From: Eledone cirrhosa
Taxonomy: Eukaryota
Length of the DNA: 64,000 bases
Assembly: GCA_964016885.1 (NCBI GenBank)
Contig: OZ024741.1
Span: 314,402,001 to 314,466,000, forward strand
Direction of reading: 5' to 3'
Shown: positions 11,145-24,917 of the stretch, in pieces
Layout of the letters: each line of letters begins with the position of its first letter
Position numbering within the stretch: position 1 is the stretch's first letter
Program-made: the position numbers and the translations under genes
Notes under the pieces: generated by a model
The model's input: the letters and a program-made list of their open reading frames with translations, nothing else
Databases searched by the model: none
Told to the model about the DNA's origin: nothing

Positions 11145-14100
11145 AAAGAATTCATACATGGCATGGTATATATATATATATATAAATAGCATAGCATCAA
11201 CACAATAACAGCAATAATAAAATATAATGATAAATAGATAAAGAAGTTACAGTTGTAAAAAGTAAAAAAAAGATACAAAAAAAAATTTAAAAAAGTAAGA
11301 AATTAAAAAATCAATAAAAAATATAAAGAAATAAAGATAAGCGAGAGCATATAAGTACAGAATACGATAGTTGATAATAGTGGTGGTTGTGAGTAAGTGT
11401 CTGTATAAGGATGCATGTGTGGATGTAGTGCTAACATGAAAAGCCAGATTCGAAACATTACGTGTAGAGAAACTGAGGTAGTAACAAATGACAGATAAAA
11501 TAAAAAGCAATAAATTAGAAATTAAGTGGGAGATACTAATATGAGACGCAAGGGCTAAGGATGGATGGTGTAGGTTTTTTTTATATGTGTGTGTGTGGTA
11601 AATGTTTTGCTGATTGTCTTGTCTTAATGGGGTTGATGTGGTTTCAGGGAGAGAGGATGAAAGAGATGTTAAGAGATTTATGATCTAGTGACCAGTCAGT
11701 TATTTGACAACTAATAGCAATCTAATGGTATGTATTCAGTTAAGTTATTTTTAGTGCTACTTGTCTAATTCTATGTTTAGTCCTATGTTTGTTATTTCTA
11801 TAGGCCATTATTTAAGTTTTTAGCTAAAAGGAGTGTGTCGTCTCTATAAATTCCTCCCTGGAGGTTACTAAATTCCTTATGTAATATGTGCGCTATATAT
11901 ATTCCCACTATTTCTGTTACCTGCGCTGAGCCACTAGATCCCATTGTGATATCGAAGCTATTCTCTCTGTTAATTCGTTCCCAGTAACTATTTTCGAATC
12001 TAATGATAGTTCTTTAGCAGCTAGTAGCTAGTATTATTTTAATTAGCTGATAGAACTCTCACTAAATTCGAAAATATTTACTGGGAACAAATAAACAGAC
12101 AGAATAGCTTCGCTATCACAATGGGATCAAGCGACTCAGCGCAGGTAACAGAAATAGTGGGAATGTATATAGCGCACATATTACATAAGGAATTTAGTAA
12201 CCTCCAGGGAGGAATTTATAGAGACGACACACTCCTTTTAGCTAAAAACTTAAATAATCAAAATATGGAAAAATTACGGAAAAACATCAGTCTTCTTCAA
12301 CAAACTCGGCCTAGGTATCACTTTCGAACTTAACTCTAAAAATGCAAACTTCTTAGATGTAACACTCAACCTAAACACAGGATTAATAGAGCCCTTCCAT
12401 AAAAATAACGAGAACCTAGCCTACATTAGTTATAACTCAAACCACCCTCGATCCATAATTAACTCCATAGCACATAGTATATCCCACAGAATATCCCGCA
12501 TATCTTCTAACCTAGAGATTTTTAACGAACACGCAAACTATCATAACATAGCTTTACATAAGGCAGGACATAAAGAGGGGCTCGAATACATACCAGAGAG
12601 AGACAGCAGCAACAAACATAACGACAGCTACACTACACACACCTATAGAAATAACAAACATAGGACTAAATATAGAATTACACAACGAGCACCAAAATAA
12701 CTGAACCGAACACTAATATAAGGATCCCTAGGAACTATAGAAAATCCAGAGATAGGAAATACTTATGGTTCAATCCAATATTCAACTCCTCTATAAAAAC
12801 CTTCTACATTCTTTAAGCTAATTGACAAACGTTTCCCTAAACTACACAAATACTATAGAATCTTTAACAGAAAAACTATCAAACTAACTTATTCCCTGCA
12901 GCTAATATAGAATAAAACATACATAACATCAACCACAAAATAATCTCTAAAGAAAATAACCTACCAACATACAACATAACACCAAATACAAAACGCAAAC
13001 ACATAACAACATCACAACCACCCACATCAGGCCTAAATCTCAACCCACCCATAACAACACGCGAAACCGCAACGGAGAACCTGCACACGGAAAAGCCTCC
13101 AACTGTAACTGCTACCTACCGGATAAGTGCCTACTACAAAATAGATGCCTGGATTCAAGTATGGTGTATCTGTGTACTATAAATTCGGGCAACCTTACAT
13201 GAAACTACATAGCGCCCACCGCTGGGGAATTCAAACAAAGATGGCAGGTCCACAGACACTCCATGAAGAACCGTAGACTGGAGAACTCTACAACACTCGC
13301 CAATAAAATCTTGCAGCTTAAAAACACAAACCAGGAATATAGGATTAGCTGGTCAAAATGATCGTGAGCAGGGGCCTACAACAATGGAATGTCTCACTGC
13401 ATACATTTGTAATATCGAGCTATTCCCTTATTTTAAGGTACGATAAGATGCTGCTTTACAGCAAAATAGAAACATCGATTTTCTGTAGGCACAAAATAGC
13501 TACCAAGTTCACAAATTTAAAACCACCGTGATTCTACGCAGCAATCCCAAAATTAGAACTGAACCACCTGGATGTTAACGTACGGAATACAAACCATCAC
13601 ACTGCTATTAGCTGTCAAATAACTGACTGGTCACTAGATCATAAATCTCTTAACATCTCTTTCACCCTCTCTCCCTGAAACAACATCAACCCCATTAAGA
13701 CAAGACAATCAGCAAAACATTTACCACACACCCATATAATAAAAAGACTTTACCATCCATCCTTAGCCCTTGGGTCTCATATAAGTATCTCCCACTTAAT
13801 TTCTAATTTATTGCTTTTTATTTTATCTGTCATTTGTTAATACCTCAGATTCTCTACACGTAACTATTTATGTTTCGAATATGGCTTTTCATGTTAGCAC
13901 TACATCCACCCAAGCATCCTTATACAGACACTCACCACCACCACTATTATCAACTATCGTATTCTGTACTTATATGATCTCACTTATCTTTATTTCTTTA
14001 TAATTTTTATTTTATTTTTTTTACTTTTTTAAACTGTTTTGTTGTATCTTTTTTCTTACTTTTTTACTTTTTACAACTTTCACTTTACCTATTTATCATT

Positions 14101-14181
14101 ATATTTTTTTATTGCTGCTATTGTTTTGATTCTACGCTATTTCTCTCTATATATATATACCATGCCATGCATGAATTCATT

Positions 14182-14293
14182 GTATTCTTAGGAATTGATC
14201 AGAGGTAAATAATGTATTGCAGATCGAGTAACGCACCTTCGAGCGATTAGCGGCCTCTAGACTCACCTGATCAATGAAACAATTGTTAGTTAC
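14182..14293 (+). ncRNA. Second, core-mutated copy of the same hammerhead (CTTAGGA)
   Basis: gtatt CTTAGGA attgatcag...ctgatcaat GAAAC aatt GTT agttac; G5 is replaced by U. Confidence 0.45.
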
Positions 14294-15484
14294 TGAAATA
14301 ATGCCCCTAGTTGTACAGCCGACCATGTTACTCTTCAATATTTCACTATTATTAATCCAAATATAACCTGCATAGAAATTCTTGCGAACTCGCTGCCTAA
14401 CTATGGAAACATCTTGTTGAGTCAAACAAAGCCGTACGTTGAAACTATCCACGACACAGAGTACTCACAACCTCTCACATTAATAACGATAACCTGTTAT
14501 CCTATATATATATATATATAGTAGCTGAGCTACCCGGTGATACCCGGGTTATGAAAGTTACAATATATTTGGCACACATTACAACATTTTCGACCATTCA
14601 AATATGATTGCTGAATTTTAACCAAAGTAGGAATCATAGCAGAATATTTATTGCCGTTTGGTCAAAGTAAGTCATCTAGATAAAAATATTATTTTTTTCC
14701 AGTGGTGATTTTTTGAATACTGCTCCCTATTACAGTCAGCATATATAATGCTTTACTCATAGATGAATCATTAGGTATTATGTCAGGGCATGACAAAAAA
14801 AATACATTTAAATTTTTTTTATTTATCCTTTTCTCTCTTTTTTTATTATTTTGATCAATCTGAACCTTTGAAATTCAAACAACATGTAAACACTATTTTA
14901 AAAACCATAAATAAAATAAGAAAATAAATTTAGTATTGGTTTACGATTGAGTGAAGCATTTACTTACTCATTTCTGTAATTCGGGGAAAGTGTATTTAAA
15001 TTTGTACACTGTAGCTTTCACCAATCTTTGCCTCTATGGCAGTAGGATCTTGTTTGAGGGAGATTTGTTTTCTATTTCTATTAGCCATACTAACCGTTAT
15101 AGTGGCTCACATGACATACATAGATACATACACACGCATGTATGTATGTATGTATGTATGTAAGACAGTTGTTTGTGATTTGAAATAGATTTTACTAATA
15201 TTTCTAGTAGATCGAGTTATCACATAAAACTATTCCTTTTTGCTTCATACATATATACACACCTGAGAAAGTAAGGTGGGATTTGAAGGAAATTTAGCTG
15301 CTATTTCTACCCCCAAACGTCCTCATTTATACTACTTTATATAGCAGAGGTACCCGGGAATGCCTGCATATTCTTCCAAAGTAACACTATGCAGTAAATT
15401 TGCGGCTTCAGAATTCCTTGCAAACTACATGACTAAGGAATTAGGATCTGTGTATTGTCATTGAATGAGGAATTACAACATTGC

Positions 15485-17820
15485 TCATTCCAAAGCCTCT
15501 GGATAAACAACATTCTTGGTTTTACCCTGTGCTGCCACAATGAAGAAACAATTAGGGTTCCCAATCCTTGTTGGGCCAACATAGAGTTGACCATGTGAAA
15601 AGACAGGATCTGCTAGATTCAACCCAACGACTTTCAATGATTGCCCTTGAGATTTATTAATGGTCATGGCAAAACTGAGCCTGATCGGAAATTGAAGTCT
15701 TTGAAATTCAAATGGCAAATCAGTTGGCTTCAGAGGTATTATGGGAATGAAACAATTGTCACCAGCAAATTTTCCTGACATGATTACAACTTCTAGAACA
15801 TATTTTTGATGATGAGTCGTGTGCCATTACAAAGCTTTTGAGGATCCAGATTGCAAAGTAGCATAACCGATGCTCCAAGCTTCAGTATCAGGCTGTGTGG
15901 AGGAATTCCCGCTTGTTCAAGACTGTTCAAAATTTCAGTTAGATAGTTTACAACCTGGTCTTGAGAAGTGATTGTGTCAACTGATTTGTAGCATATTTTC
16001 TCTCCCGGTAACCTCTCCAGCAGCCTTCTGTTGATTTCTTTCACAGCAACATTTTTATATGCTAAGATTGCTCGTTCACAGAGCCATTTCGGATCACATT
16101 GCTTGGTCTGAATGTTTAGAAACACTCTGCCAATCAGTTCTTGTTCTATGTCAATGATATGGCCAAATGACAACTGAATATGGTCATTGGCGTCCTTTTC
16201 AAGAACTACATTTCCCAATTTAAATAGTTGGATGCAAACTCACTGACACCTTCGTCACCAGTTAAGTGCACTCGCATGCTGGTTGTAAGGCTCAATAGCT
16301 GAAAGTGGGGCCAGAGATAGGATGTTTTCAGACAGGCATTGACCTAAGTCCCTCGAAGAATTACAGGCAGAGTTTGTCTGAATTCACCAGCAAGAACCAT
16401 TGTCACTCCTCCCATTATGCGACTATTTTCTCTCAGATCCCTTATCGTCCGGTCCAAAGCTTCAATTGCTCCTTTATGGCTCATAGTAGCTTCATCCCAA
16501 ATTATCATCTTCCATGTTTGCAGAAGCTTTCCCTTGGGTGAGTTCTTCTTGATGTTGCAAAAAGATTGTTCATGCCGTGTGAGATCTATGGGCAGCTTAA
16601 ACATGGAGTGTGCAGTTCCATCCAGAAGTGTTGCTGCAATGCCACTTGAAGCCACAGCAAGAGCAATATGTTGCTTTTGGCGAACTTTTGCAAGCAGGAG
16701 GTTTATGAGGAATGTCTTGCCTGTGCCAGCGGGAGCATCGATGAAGAAAAGTCCTCCCCTGTCATTTTGAATGTTTTCGATGATGCTGTGGTAGGCGTAT
16801 TTCTGGTGATCCATCAATCGAGGTTCATTTTCATCAACAAAATTACGCAATGCTTGAATATCGTAGTTTGTTTCCTGAAAAATGTCTTGTGCTACCTCCA
16901 TTTCTTCATCTGGTTCTGGCATCCCGCAGTTAGCTAATGAGCTATTCATTGCCTGAACTCGATGGGACAGGTCACAGAGAGCTTGATTGTAAATCCTGGG
17001 GGTATATTCCATATACATATTGCCATGATGTCTTCGGGCTAGGTGTAGATAGTCGTCCGACATATTGTATTTGTACTCCTCCCAGAGTAGATGAGCTTCA
17101 TCAATTCCACATGCTGTGAGAATAATAGCAAATACTTGTCTTATTTGACTGGCTACTTGAGTAATTACTGCTTCTTCGAGGCACTTCTTCCAGTGTCCAT
17201 TGTCATGCAGGAGTCCATGTTGTTTACATGCTTCTTGGTATGTTGCGCACTCCCTTCCTCTGAAGCATCTAAGGCCCTCAAATGACGTTGGTCCTCGAAC
17301 AGTATGCAGAAGTAGCCGTAAATAAAAACATTCTCTGTAGTTGTGATGGACATTGTAAACACGCATAATAGCATCACTTGACTTGACTTCATGACCTTCA
17401 CTTTGCCTTTTGAGCAGCATAGACGTGGTGTTTCTGCTGCCCACTTCTTGGCACCACAATACTGGCAGCATTTGTTCATTTTCTCAATATTGATTTGTGG
17501 ATTACTGCTGTAGTCCTTTTGGGGGTCATAAGAAAAAGCACCCATCATCCAGTTCATTTTGCTTGTGGCTTGTTCTCCTGCTCGGGCAGTAGAACGATGT
17601 GCTTGATTAGCATTTCGTCTGATTTGCTGCTGTTCCTTAGTTTGTTGTTCTCGTGTAGCAGCAGTCCTTTGTTCCTTTTCATCCAAACGGTGTGGTCGTG
17701 CTAATGCTGTTTGGGCTCTGTTAGTAGCTAGACGGGCATGCCGAAATTCTTCACTTTCTTCAGATCGCTGTGTTTTCTTTCTCTTAGCCTCTGAAGATGA
17801 CCTTCCATATAATGATCTGG
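15485..17820 (-). pseudogene. Helitron Rep-helicase pseudogene (frameshifted, Rep domain missing)
   Basis: ORF pieces 17165-17923, 16344-17471, 15793-16218 and 15485-15781 follow RepHel domain order. Confidence 0.85.
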
Positions 17821-17842
17821 AACGTTTTCTAGGCATTTGAAG

Positions 17843-18001
17843 TGGATAAAATAAAGTACCAGTAATGCTCTGGGTAATTGCTGGCCTTGTGCCAAAAGTA
17901 GAAACAATTATTACACACCACACGATAAAATAATTACCAATAATGCACTGGGATAATTGTTGACCTTATGCCAACAGTAGAAACAATTATTACACACCAC
18001 A
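17843..18001 (+). repeat. Two tandem SINE 3' halves inside the Helitron 5' region
   Basis: gataaaataa..taccagtaatgc..ctgggtaattgctggccttgtgccaaaagtagaaacaattatt + acacaccacac occurs twice (unit about 79 bp). Confidence 0.8.
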
Positions 18002-19377
18002 CTCTTTCCGAAATAGAAACAACTATAGAATGTATTGTTCACTCAGTAAAGTTGTTTTAAATGATCTCTTTATATGAATGTATATTAGGTGTAATTAATT
18101 TTAGACATATGTAGAAAATATTGGGATTTGAGATTGTATTCTAAAATTATCATTTTTTATCGCAAAAAACGACAAACACTACAAAAAAAATATATTTTCT
18201 CTGTTAATTCAAATAACAGCGGACAATAATATATTCAAATAATATCTTTTTAAAATACCTTTTTTTTGTGTCTGTTAAATACATACATATATACAACTTC
18301 TATAAAAGCATCTGTGATTTCTTTAGACATATGTAGAAAATAAGCTTTGATAGTAACATATATCGTCTGCTAAAGAACCCTCCCCTCCCCATAACACACA
18401 CATATGTGTGTGTATATATATATATATAAACGCGGACACACTTTAGGTAAAGAATCCCTCCAATCACCCTCCCTCTCTCCTGCCTCTTTACTTTTTTCTC
18501 TCTCCCATATTTTCTCTTTTCTTATTGTCTTTCACTCTCCATCCGCCTCACTCCCTTTCTCTTTCTCATCTCTTCTCTTTCTTTCTTTCTCTCTCTACAG
18601 AATAACAAACAAAAAATAAATAAAAGATAAATAACATTGAGGAGTTAAGAAGTGTGTAAAAATAATAAGTAAATAAAAGTTAATGAACGCTGGCTACTGT
18701 CCCTCTCTCTCTCCAATCCCATTACTCTCTCTCTCTTTTTTTCTCCCCCCCCCCCGCTTTCTCTACAGAATAGAGAATAAAAAATAAAGAAAAGATAAAT
18801 AACGTTAAGGATGTGGGAGAGTTAAAATGTGTGTAAAAATAATAAATAAATAAAAGTTAACAACGTGGAAGCTACCCTCTCTCTCTCTTTCATCGTCTTT
18901 CTCTCTCTTCCCCTTACTCTCTTTCTTTCTCTCTCACATCCCCTTACTTTCTCTCTCTCTCGTCTTCCACTCTCTCTCTTTCTCTTTCAGCCCTTACTCT
19001 CTTTCTTTCTCTCTCACCTCCTCTTACTCTCTCTCCCATCCCCTCACTCTCTCTCTTTCTCTCTCATCCTCTTACTATCTCTCCATCTCCCACTCTCTCT
19101 TTCTCTCTCCCATCCCTAACTCTCTCTTTTTCTCTCTGCCATCCCCCAGTCTCTTATCTACAGACTAGAGAACATAAAAAAAACAAAATGGATGATCTCT
19201 TTTGATAGTCATTAGAAAATAAGATAAATTGAATTCAAATGAATTCCTTGCTTTGCAAAGTAAAACTATTTCGACCGTTACCTGTACTTTTGTATAGTGA
19301 ATATGTACATGTAATTTTGAGGAGTTTGGTCCAGTAGTTTGCTAGTTTTAGGCGGACACACAGAATCATAAACTTGC

Positions 19378-19458
<81 letters not shown>

Positions 19459-19500
19459 TTCAAAATATTAACAAAAATAGAACTTCTTGTGATCAAGTAT

Positions 19501-19565
19501 ATTTTATTATACATATTTCAGAGGTACTGAGTTAACTTAAACAGTACGTCCTCATCAGATAAAAT
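19501..19565 (-). ncRNA. Type I hammerhead ribozyme at the 3' end of the PLE
   Basis: Minus strand: attttat CTGATGA ggacgtactg-tttaagttaact-cagtacctct GAAA t atgt a TA ataaaat. 7-bp stem I, paired stem II, minimal stem III, AUA triplet. Confidence 0.85.
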
Positions 19566-20213
19566 AAGATGATGCATGACATACCCTGACATAGTAGATG
19601 GTTAAGATCCAGTCATGGTAGTGAGTAAGATATGACAAAACTCCATATGTATATACCTTAAGATTGATACATGAAAAAAGTTACATATAATACATATAAT
19701 ACAGAGGGTGCGTGTAAGAAAGCTTAAAAATACATAACAGTAATTTACCTAACTGTTAGAGATTCAAATAATTATTGAAGAAAGAGGAAAGAGGAAAAGA
19801 GAGAAAACAGATGAGGGGAAAATATAGCTATAAGAGGTATAGAGAGCAAAAGAGAATTGATGAAGGAAAGGGAGACAAAGAGGAATAATTATAATTATAG
19901 GGATTATATATCTATACATAACTATACATTTGGGCATAGCTATGCGATAGAGTAAACTCGAATCATTGAATTATTGAATTATCTAGAAATATTCATCAAT
20001 CTAAATCCTAAATATAACTGGGTGTAATCAATAAAAGTTAATTTCCTTAGTTAATTAGTTATATATACTATCCAAACGTATCCTGTTGACCGTCGTTAAC
20101 TTTCAAATCATTTAAGGTAGTTCAGAGTAATGAATTAATTAAAGTGTATAATATTTCAGGCTATAAAAGTTTATAAATATCTGTATTAATATTAAAGTAT
20201 ACTATACTATTTA

Positions 20214-20329
20214 ATTTATAAAATCCTATTTTATGAATTCATATTTATAAAATCATATTTTATGAATTCATATTTATAAAATCATATTTTATGAATTCAT
20301 ATTTATAAAATCATATGTTATGAATTCAC
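20214..20329. repeat. 29-bp minisatellite, 4 copies, within the PLE 3' UTR
   Basis: Unit atttataaaatcatattttatgaattcat, with 1-2 substitutions in the first and last copies. Confidence 0.9.
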
Positions 20330-23114
20330 ATTGTAAAAATGAGAGAGAAGACATGCTATTTTTCATCCTCTCGAAGGTAAATTTTAATAATTTTATTATA
20401 ATATATTTAATTATTTATATTATATTGAAGATAATTCGCATTATATAATTTATAAAATGATTATAGTTATAATAAAAAAAAAACTCAGATTAACAATTAG
20501 AATGTGTTAAAGCATCAAAAGGCTTTATAATTAAACTTAAAAAAGTTTTTTTATTAAATTAGATATATGCATTTGTCTAAATATAAACAAAATTATATTG
20601 TCTAAAGATTAAAATGATACCTATCATTTATATATAACATAATATAATACAATAAATAAGTTACTGATAATATTGTTAAAAATTAAGGTTTTAGATCAAT
20701 TATTATAATAAGGTCATTATCACATATATACTATAAATATACAAGTCAAACTTCTTGAATCATACGGATAAGAATCTGATTCAAAGTAAAAAAGTGAATT
20801 GTCTGTGATCTTAGATTTTCTTTATAAATTTATATAGTAGTATAATGTGTCTGCAAACATGAGAAAGAGAAAGCCTAAGGATTTCATTGACCCGAAGGTA
20901 AGACAAATTTAATTAAATTAAATAAAATAATAATCGTTATATAACTTAGAAAATTTAGAAAATATTTAGAACATAGTTAACGATTATAACACTAGAAGGT
21001 CACTAAAGTATTTAAGCATGTTATTATACTAGATATACAGATTTGTTCAAATATAAATAGAATATTCCAGATATTAGTGATCGATATACATATAATAAAT
21101 AATTAGTACAATCATTGTTAGTAATATTATAATTGAAGTTTTACATCAAGATAAGTGGAAAAATGTTTGTCGACTAGTATGGTGTGTGATGCATATACCG
21201 TAAATATATATAAATAAAAATATATAAATCAAACTTCCTGAATCGTAAAACATACTCCAAATGAATAAATATACAAAAACATAAATGCATGGAGGATTTA
21301 CGGTAAATTATAATTGTTAAGTGTATAAGCCATATATTAAAAAATATATACAAGAATCCCAGTGAAAAATTAAATATATCTTAACAATCAAAAGATATGC
21401 ACTTTCCTCAAGAGATCATGTTAACCAATAATATGCTTATATACCTAAACATGACCCTTTAATCTAACATTAATCATATCATAAAAGAATTAAAAAATAA
21501 AAATTATTAAAGTTTTATAATCTGTTATAACGTTTTAGGTACACAGTTGATAAGAGACGTCAACAATTAGAACCTGCTTATTTAGTTTTTTCCTGACTTT
21601 TTACGAGGCTTGCAATGTAGACAAAGCTTTATGAAGGCAGTTTGAGAATAATTCACTCTTTTTGTTAATTAAATTTTCACAATCAGTAATTATTAAAAGG
21701 GTCTCCGTGGTACAGAGGTTGCAGTTAGGTGATATTGACGAATTCAAATAAGTTCTAGTATTACATAACTTCGCCCAAGAAATCGAGTATTTTAAGTTTT
21801 TGTCTTTTAATGACCATATAAGTTGTGATAAAGAAGTCGAAGATTTCCTATTAGGATTCGAAAAAGAGCATTTGTGATTCGCAAATCTTGATTTAAATGT
21901 CGAAGAAGTTGCACCTATATAGTTGTATGTGATGTTATTTGCTTTTACGGTACATTTATATACCATATTGCTATCAAGACAATTATTTTGCAGAGGGCAA
22001 TCTGGTCTATTTCTACAATTACACTTCGATTTATTGTTATTACTATAAATTGTACTATTTACATTAACATTATTAGTATTCTGAAATGTTCTATTGATTG
22101 CGATGTTACTGTTATTTCTAGTGTCAATATTGCTAGTGTCATTATATTCATTATCGTTAAATGTATTTTGATTTAGAATTCTACTATTTATTTTAGCGAT
22201 GGTTTGGGCCATATTCATAGTTGTAGAATAAGAAAGCTTAATTGTGTGTCTGTTAAATATGGAACGGTATTTATGTTGAATAGGGAAGGATTTATCTAAA
22301 GCTTTAAAGAATAGATTTGCGAGTGGAGTATTTATTGCTACATAAGCCGGGGGGGGGGGGGGGCAAACCATATAATAACTGATTTAGTTCTGATTTTTTT
22401 TCCCGATTTAATTACGGTAGTGGTGTTTGTATTAACATTTTTAGAATCTCGTTTATACATGTTAATCTTATACGATTATAATTCAAATTATTATCCATAT
22501 ATTCTATATTATTTTTATAACCTGCCTTTCGTAGCGCGTCATTATAATATCCTGCTTTTTCATCAAATATGGATTTATTAGCGGATATTCTAGTTACGCG
22601 TTTCTGTACACTATTGACTATTGCGTTTTTCACAGATTTAGGGTGATTAGAGTAATAGCTAAGGTAGTTTAAGTTTTCATTGGGCTTATGGAAAGGGTAA
22701 TAAAAACCTGAGTTTAAGTTAAGGGTAAGGTCAAGGAAATTAACTATTTTGGTACTACTTTCAACTTCGAATTTAAGGTCGTAATTTTTAAATATTTCAA
22801 TTATAGTTTTCTTAACCCTATTTAGTTCTGTATTGCTATATTTGACAACCGTAAATAAAACATCGTCCCTATATAAACCACCGGTAATCTCCGGTAGTTT
22901 TCGATTTACCATATTTAAGATGAAAATCCCCAGAAGATCCGTGACCTGCGTTGAGTCCGATGATCCCATGGTAATGTCATGCATTTATGTTTTTGTATAT
23001 TTATTCATTTTGAGTATATTTTACGATTCAGGAAGTTTGATTTATATATTTTTATTTATATGTATTTACGGTATATGCATCACACACCATACTAGTCGAC
23101 AAACCTTTTCATCT

Positions 23115-23865
23115 TAAATATGGAGTAATTGTAGACAACAACATAAGCTGGGCCACATATATAAACTGCAAAATTAACATGGCCCACAGAATGTGTTCCT
23201 GGATTCTCTGCACATATAGAGATATCCCCACAATTGTCCTCCTCTTCTCCAATTTCGCCCGACCCTACCTTGAATACTGCTGTCCAGTGTGGTCTCCCCA
23301 CACGAAACAAAGTATCATGAAAGTTGAAGCACCTCAAACCTCATTCACAAAAAGATCGATGTCATGTCAGGCCTTGACTATTGGGGTTAACTAGAAAAAC
23401 TCAAACTTTAATCTCTCCAGCGTCACCGTGAGCGCTACATCATCTGCATGATGTGGAAAATATTCCAGCAGCATTGCCCAAATGATGGTTGCATCAGCTT
23501 TAAGGCACACCCAAGGCTTGGGCTCCGCGCTATCCGCTCACAACAAAAATCAAACTCGTATCTCATAACAATAATACGGCACAATTATTTCAGCTCAATT
23601 GGCCCCCGCTCTCTCTAACATTACACCAAAACACATTAAAACAGAAACAGATCACATAAAGTTCAAGACGTCTTTTAATAAGTTCCTTCAAGAAATCCCG
23701 GATAAACCTCCTACACCCGGATATGTTTCCGTAAACTATAACTCTTTACTTCTATGTACCATGGTGTCCAGATCCTGATTTTCATGATTTAGCAAGATGG
23801 TGCTATTATGTTAGACATGGTTGGGCCAATACTGGCCGAAACCTTTTAAAGCTATCAAAGTTATT
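23115..23865 (+). mobile_element. 3' fragment of a CR1-group LINE
   Basis: RPYLEYCCPVWSPH...KVE..Q..FTK motif, typical of the CR1/L2 RT C-terminus. The terminal taaagctatcaaagttat recurs nearly identically in reverse near 34676-34697. Confidence 0.75.
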
Positions 23866-23871
23866 TATGTA

Positions 23872-23925
<54 letters not shown>

Positions 23926-23929
<4 letters not shown>

Positions 23930-24917
23930 AAGATCGCAATTAAGAGTATTCTGCAGTTCACCGTAATGATAATAATAGTACTAGCTCAAAGAAGAATAGA
24001 GAATTTCCTTCTGAGCTCAAATGCAAGTATATATTACACAAAGAGAAGTGTGTTACAGAGTAAGATGTGTGTAAAGAATTATTACAAGTGATTTTACCGT
24101 TACTATATAGAGAACAATATCTACAGGTTAGCAATAAATAGAAAAAAAAACAATTCAGAATCAAATCTCTGGATTAGAGTTTTAAATCACAAACCTTATA
24201 ACTATATTTTGCTGATACGGTGGACTGCGGAATACTCTGAATTGGTTTTTTCTATTTAATTGCTAACCTGTAGATATTGTTCTCTATACAGTAACGGGAA
24301 AATCACTTGTAATAATTCTTTACACACATCTCACTGTGTAACACACTTCTCTTTGTGTAATATATACTTGCATTTGAGCTCAGAAGGAAATTCTCTATTC
24401 TTCTTTGAGCTAGTACTATTATTATTATTACGGTGAACTGCGGAATATTGTTAATTCCGATCTTTGTATACTTAATGAGCTCCAAATTGTTGAGCTAATA
24501 AATTCGAATGGTTGGGCTGCACTTACTAGCGTCTTCCCCAATCCATGAGAGCCGTTATTTGATGCAAATAACACGGGATTTCACCCTACTCTGGCCAGCG
24601 TGTCTATTAGCAATCTCTCTATCCATGAGGTTAGATGTGTAGTGTTCAGTGTTCACATTTGCTGACTGAGGACCCTATGACCTGATACTTCACATATAAG
24701 TGGTGAAACGAAGCGAGATTCGTATCAGCAAAATATAGTTATAAGGTTTGTGATTTAAAACTCTAATCCAGAGATTTGATTCTGAATTGTTTTTTTTCTA
24801 TTTAATTGCTAACCTGTAAATATTGTTCTCTATACAGGAACGGTAAAATCACTTGTAATAATTCTTTACACACATCTCACTGCGTAACACACTTCTCTTT
24901 GTGTAAAATATACTTGC

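Larger units (their letters stand above)
10975..14345 (+). mobile_element. Penelope-like element (Penelope/Poseidon type) with an inverted pseudo-LTR at its 5' side
   Basis: RT remnant MGSSDSAQV...GGIYRDD (12121), downstream CNC..CLL and GIY-YIG-like remnant at about 13100-13500. 10981-11720 is the inverted copy of about 13605-14345, and 11790-12010 is the inverted copy of about 12065-12275. Confidence 0.88.
14521..19380 (-). mobile_element. Helitron with decayed Pif1-type helicase and a deleted Rep/HUH domain, inserted in (TA)n
   Basis: Helicase motifs FFIDAPAGTGKTF, VASSGIAA, IIWDEATM, LCNGTRL, QFPIRLSFAMTINKSQGQSL; N-terminal CQYC..LCCSKGKV. 3' terminus (minus) is the hairpin acccgg-gtatca-ccgggt followed by CTAC (CTAG-like). 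(TA)n on both flanks. Confidence 0.88.
19455..23110 (-). mobile_element. Penelope-like element, 5'-truncated, with a long AT-rich 3' UTR ending in a hammerhead
   Basis: RT piece ITMGSSDS...GGLYRDD (22412-22984). GIY-YIG piece CNCRNRPDCPL...VYKC...YIG...FKSRFANH...CNLC (21601-22371). 22978-23110 is an inverted copy of about 21150-21290. Confidence 0.9.

Noticed and set aside
15485-17471. Host PIF1 helicase gene
   Set aside because: Intronless, frameshifted, preceded by Helitron-specific motifs and bounded by Helitron termini.
18404-19119. Leu/Ser/Phe-rich ORFs
   Set aside because: Translations of (CT)n-rich low-complexity DNA inside the Helitron.
20214-20329. CRISPR-like 29-bp palindromic repeats
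   Set aside because: The repeats are directly adjacent, with no spacers.
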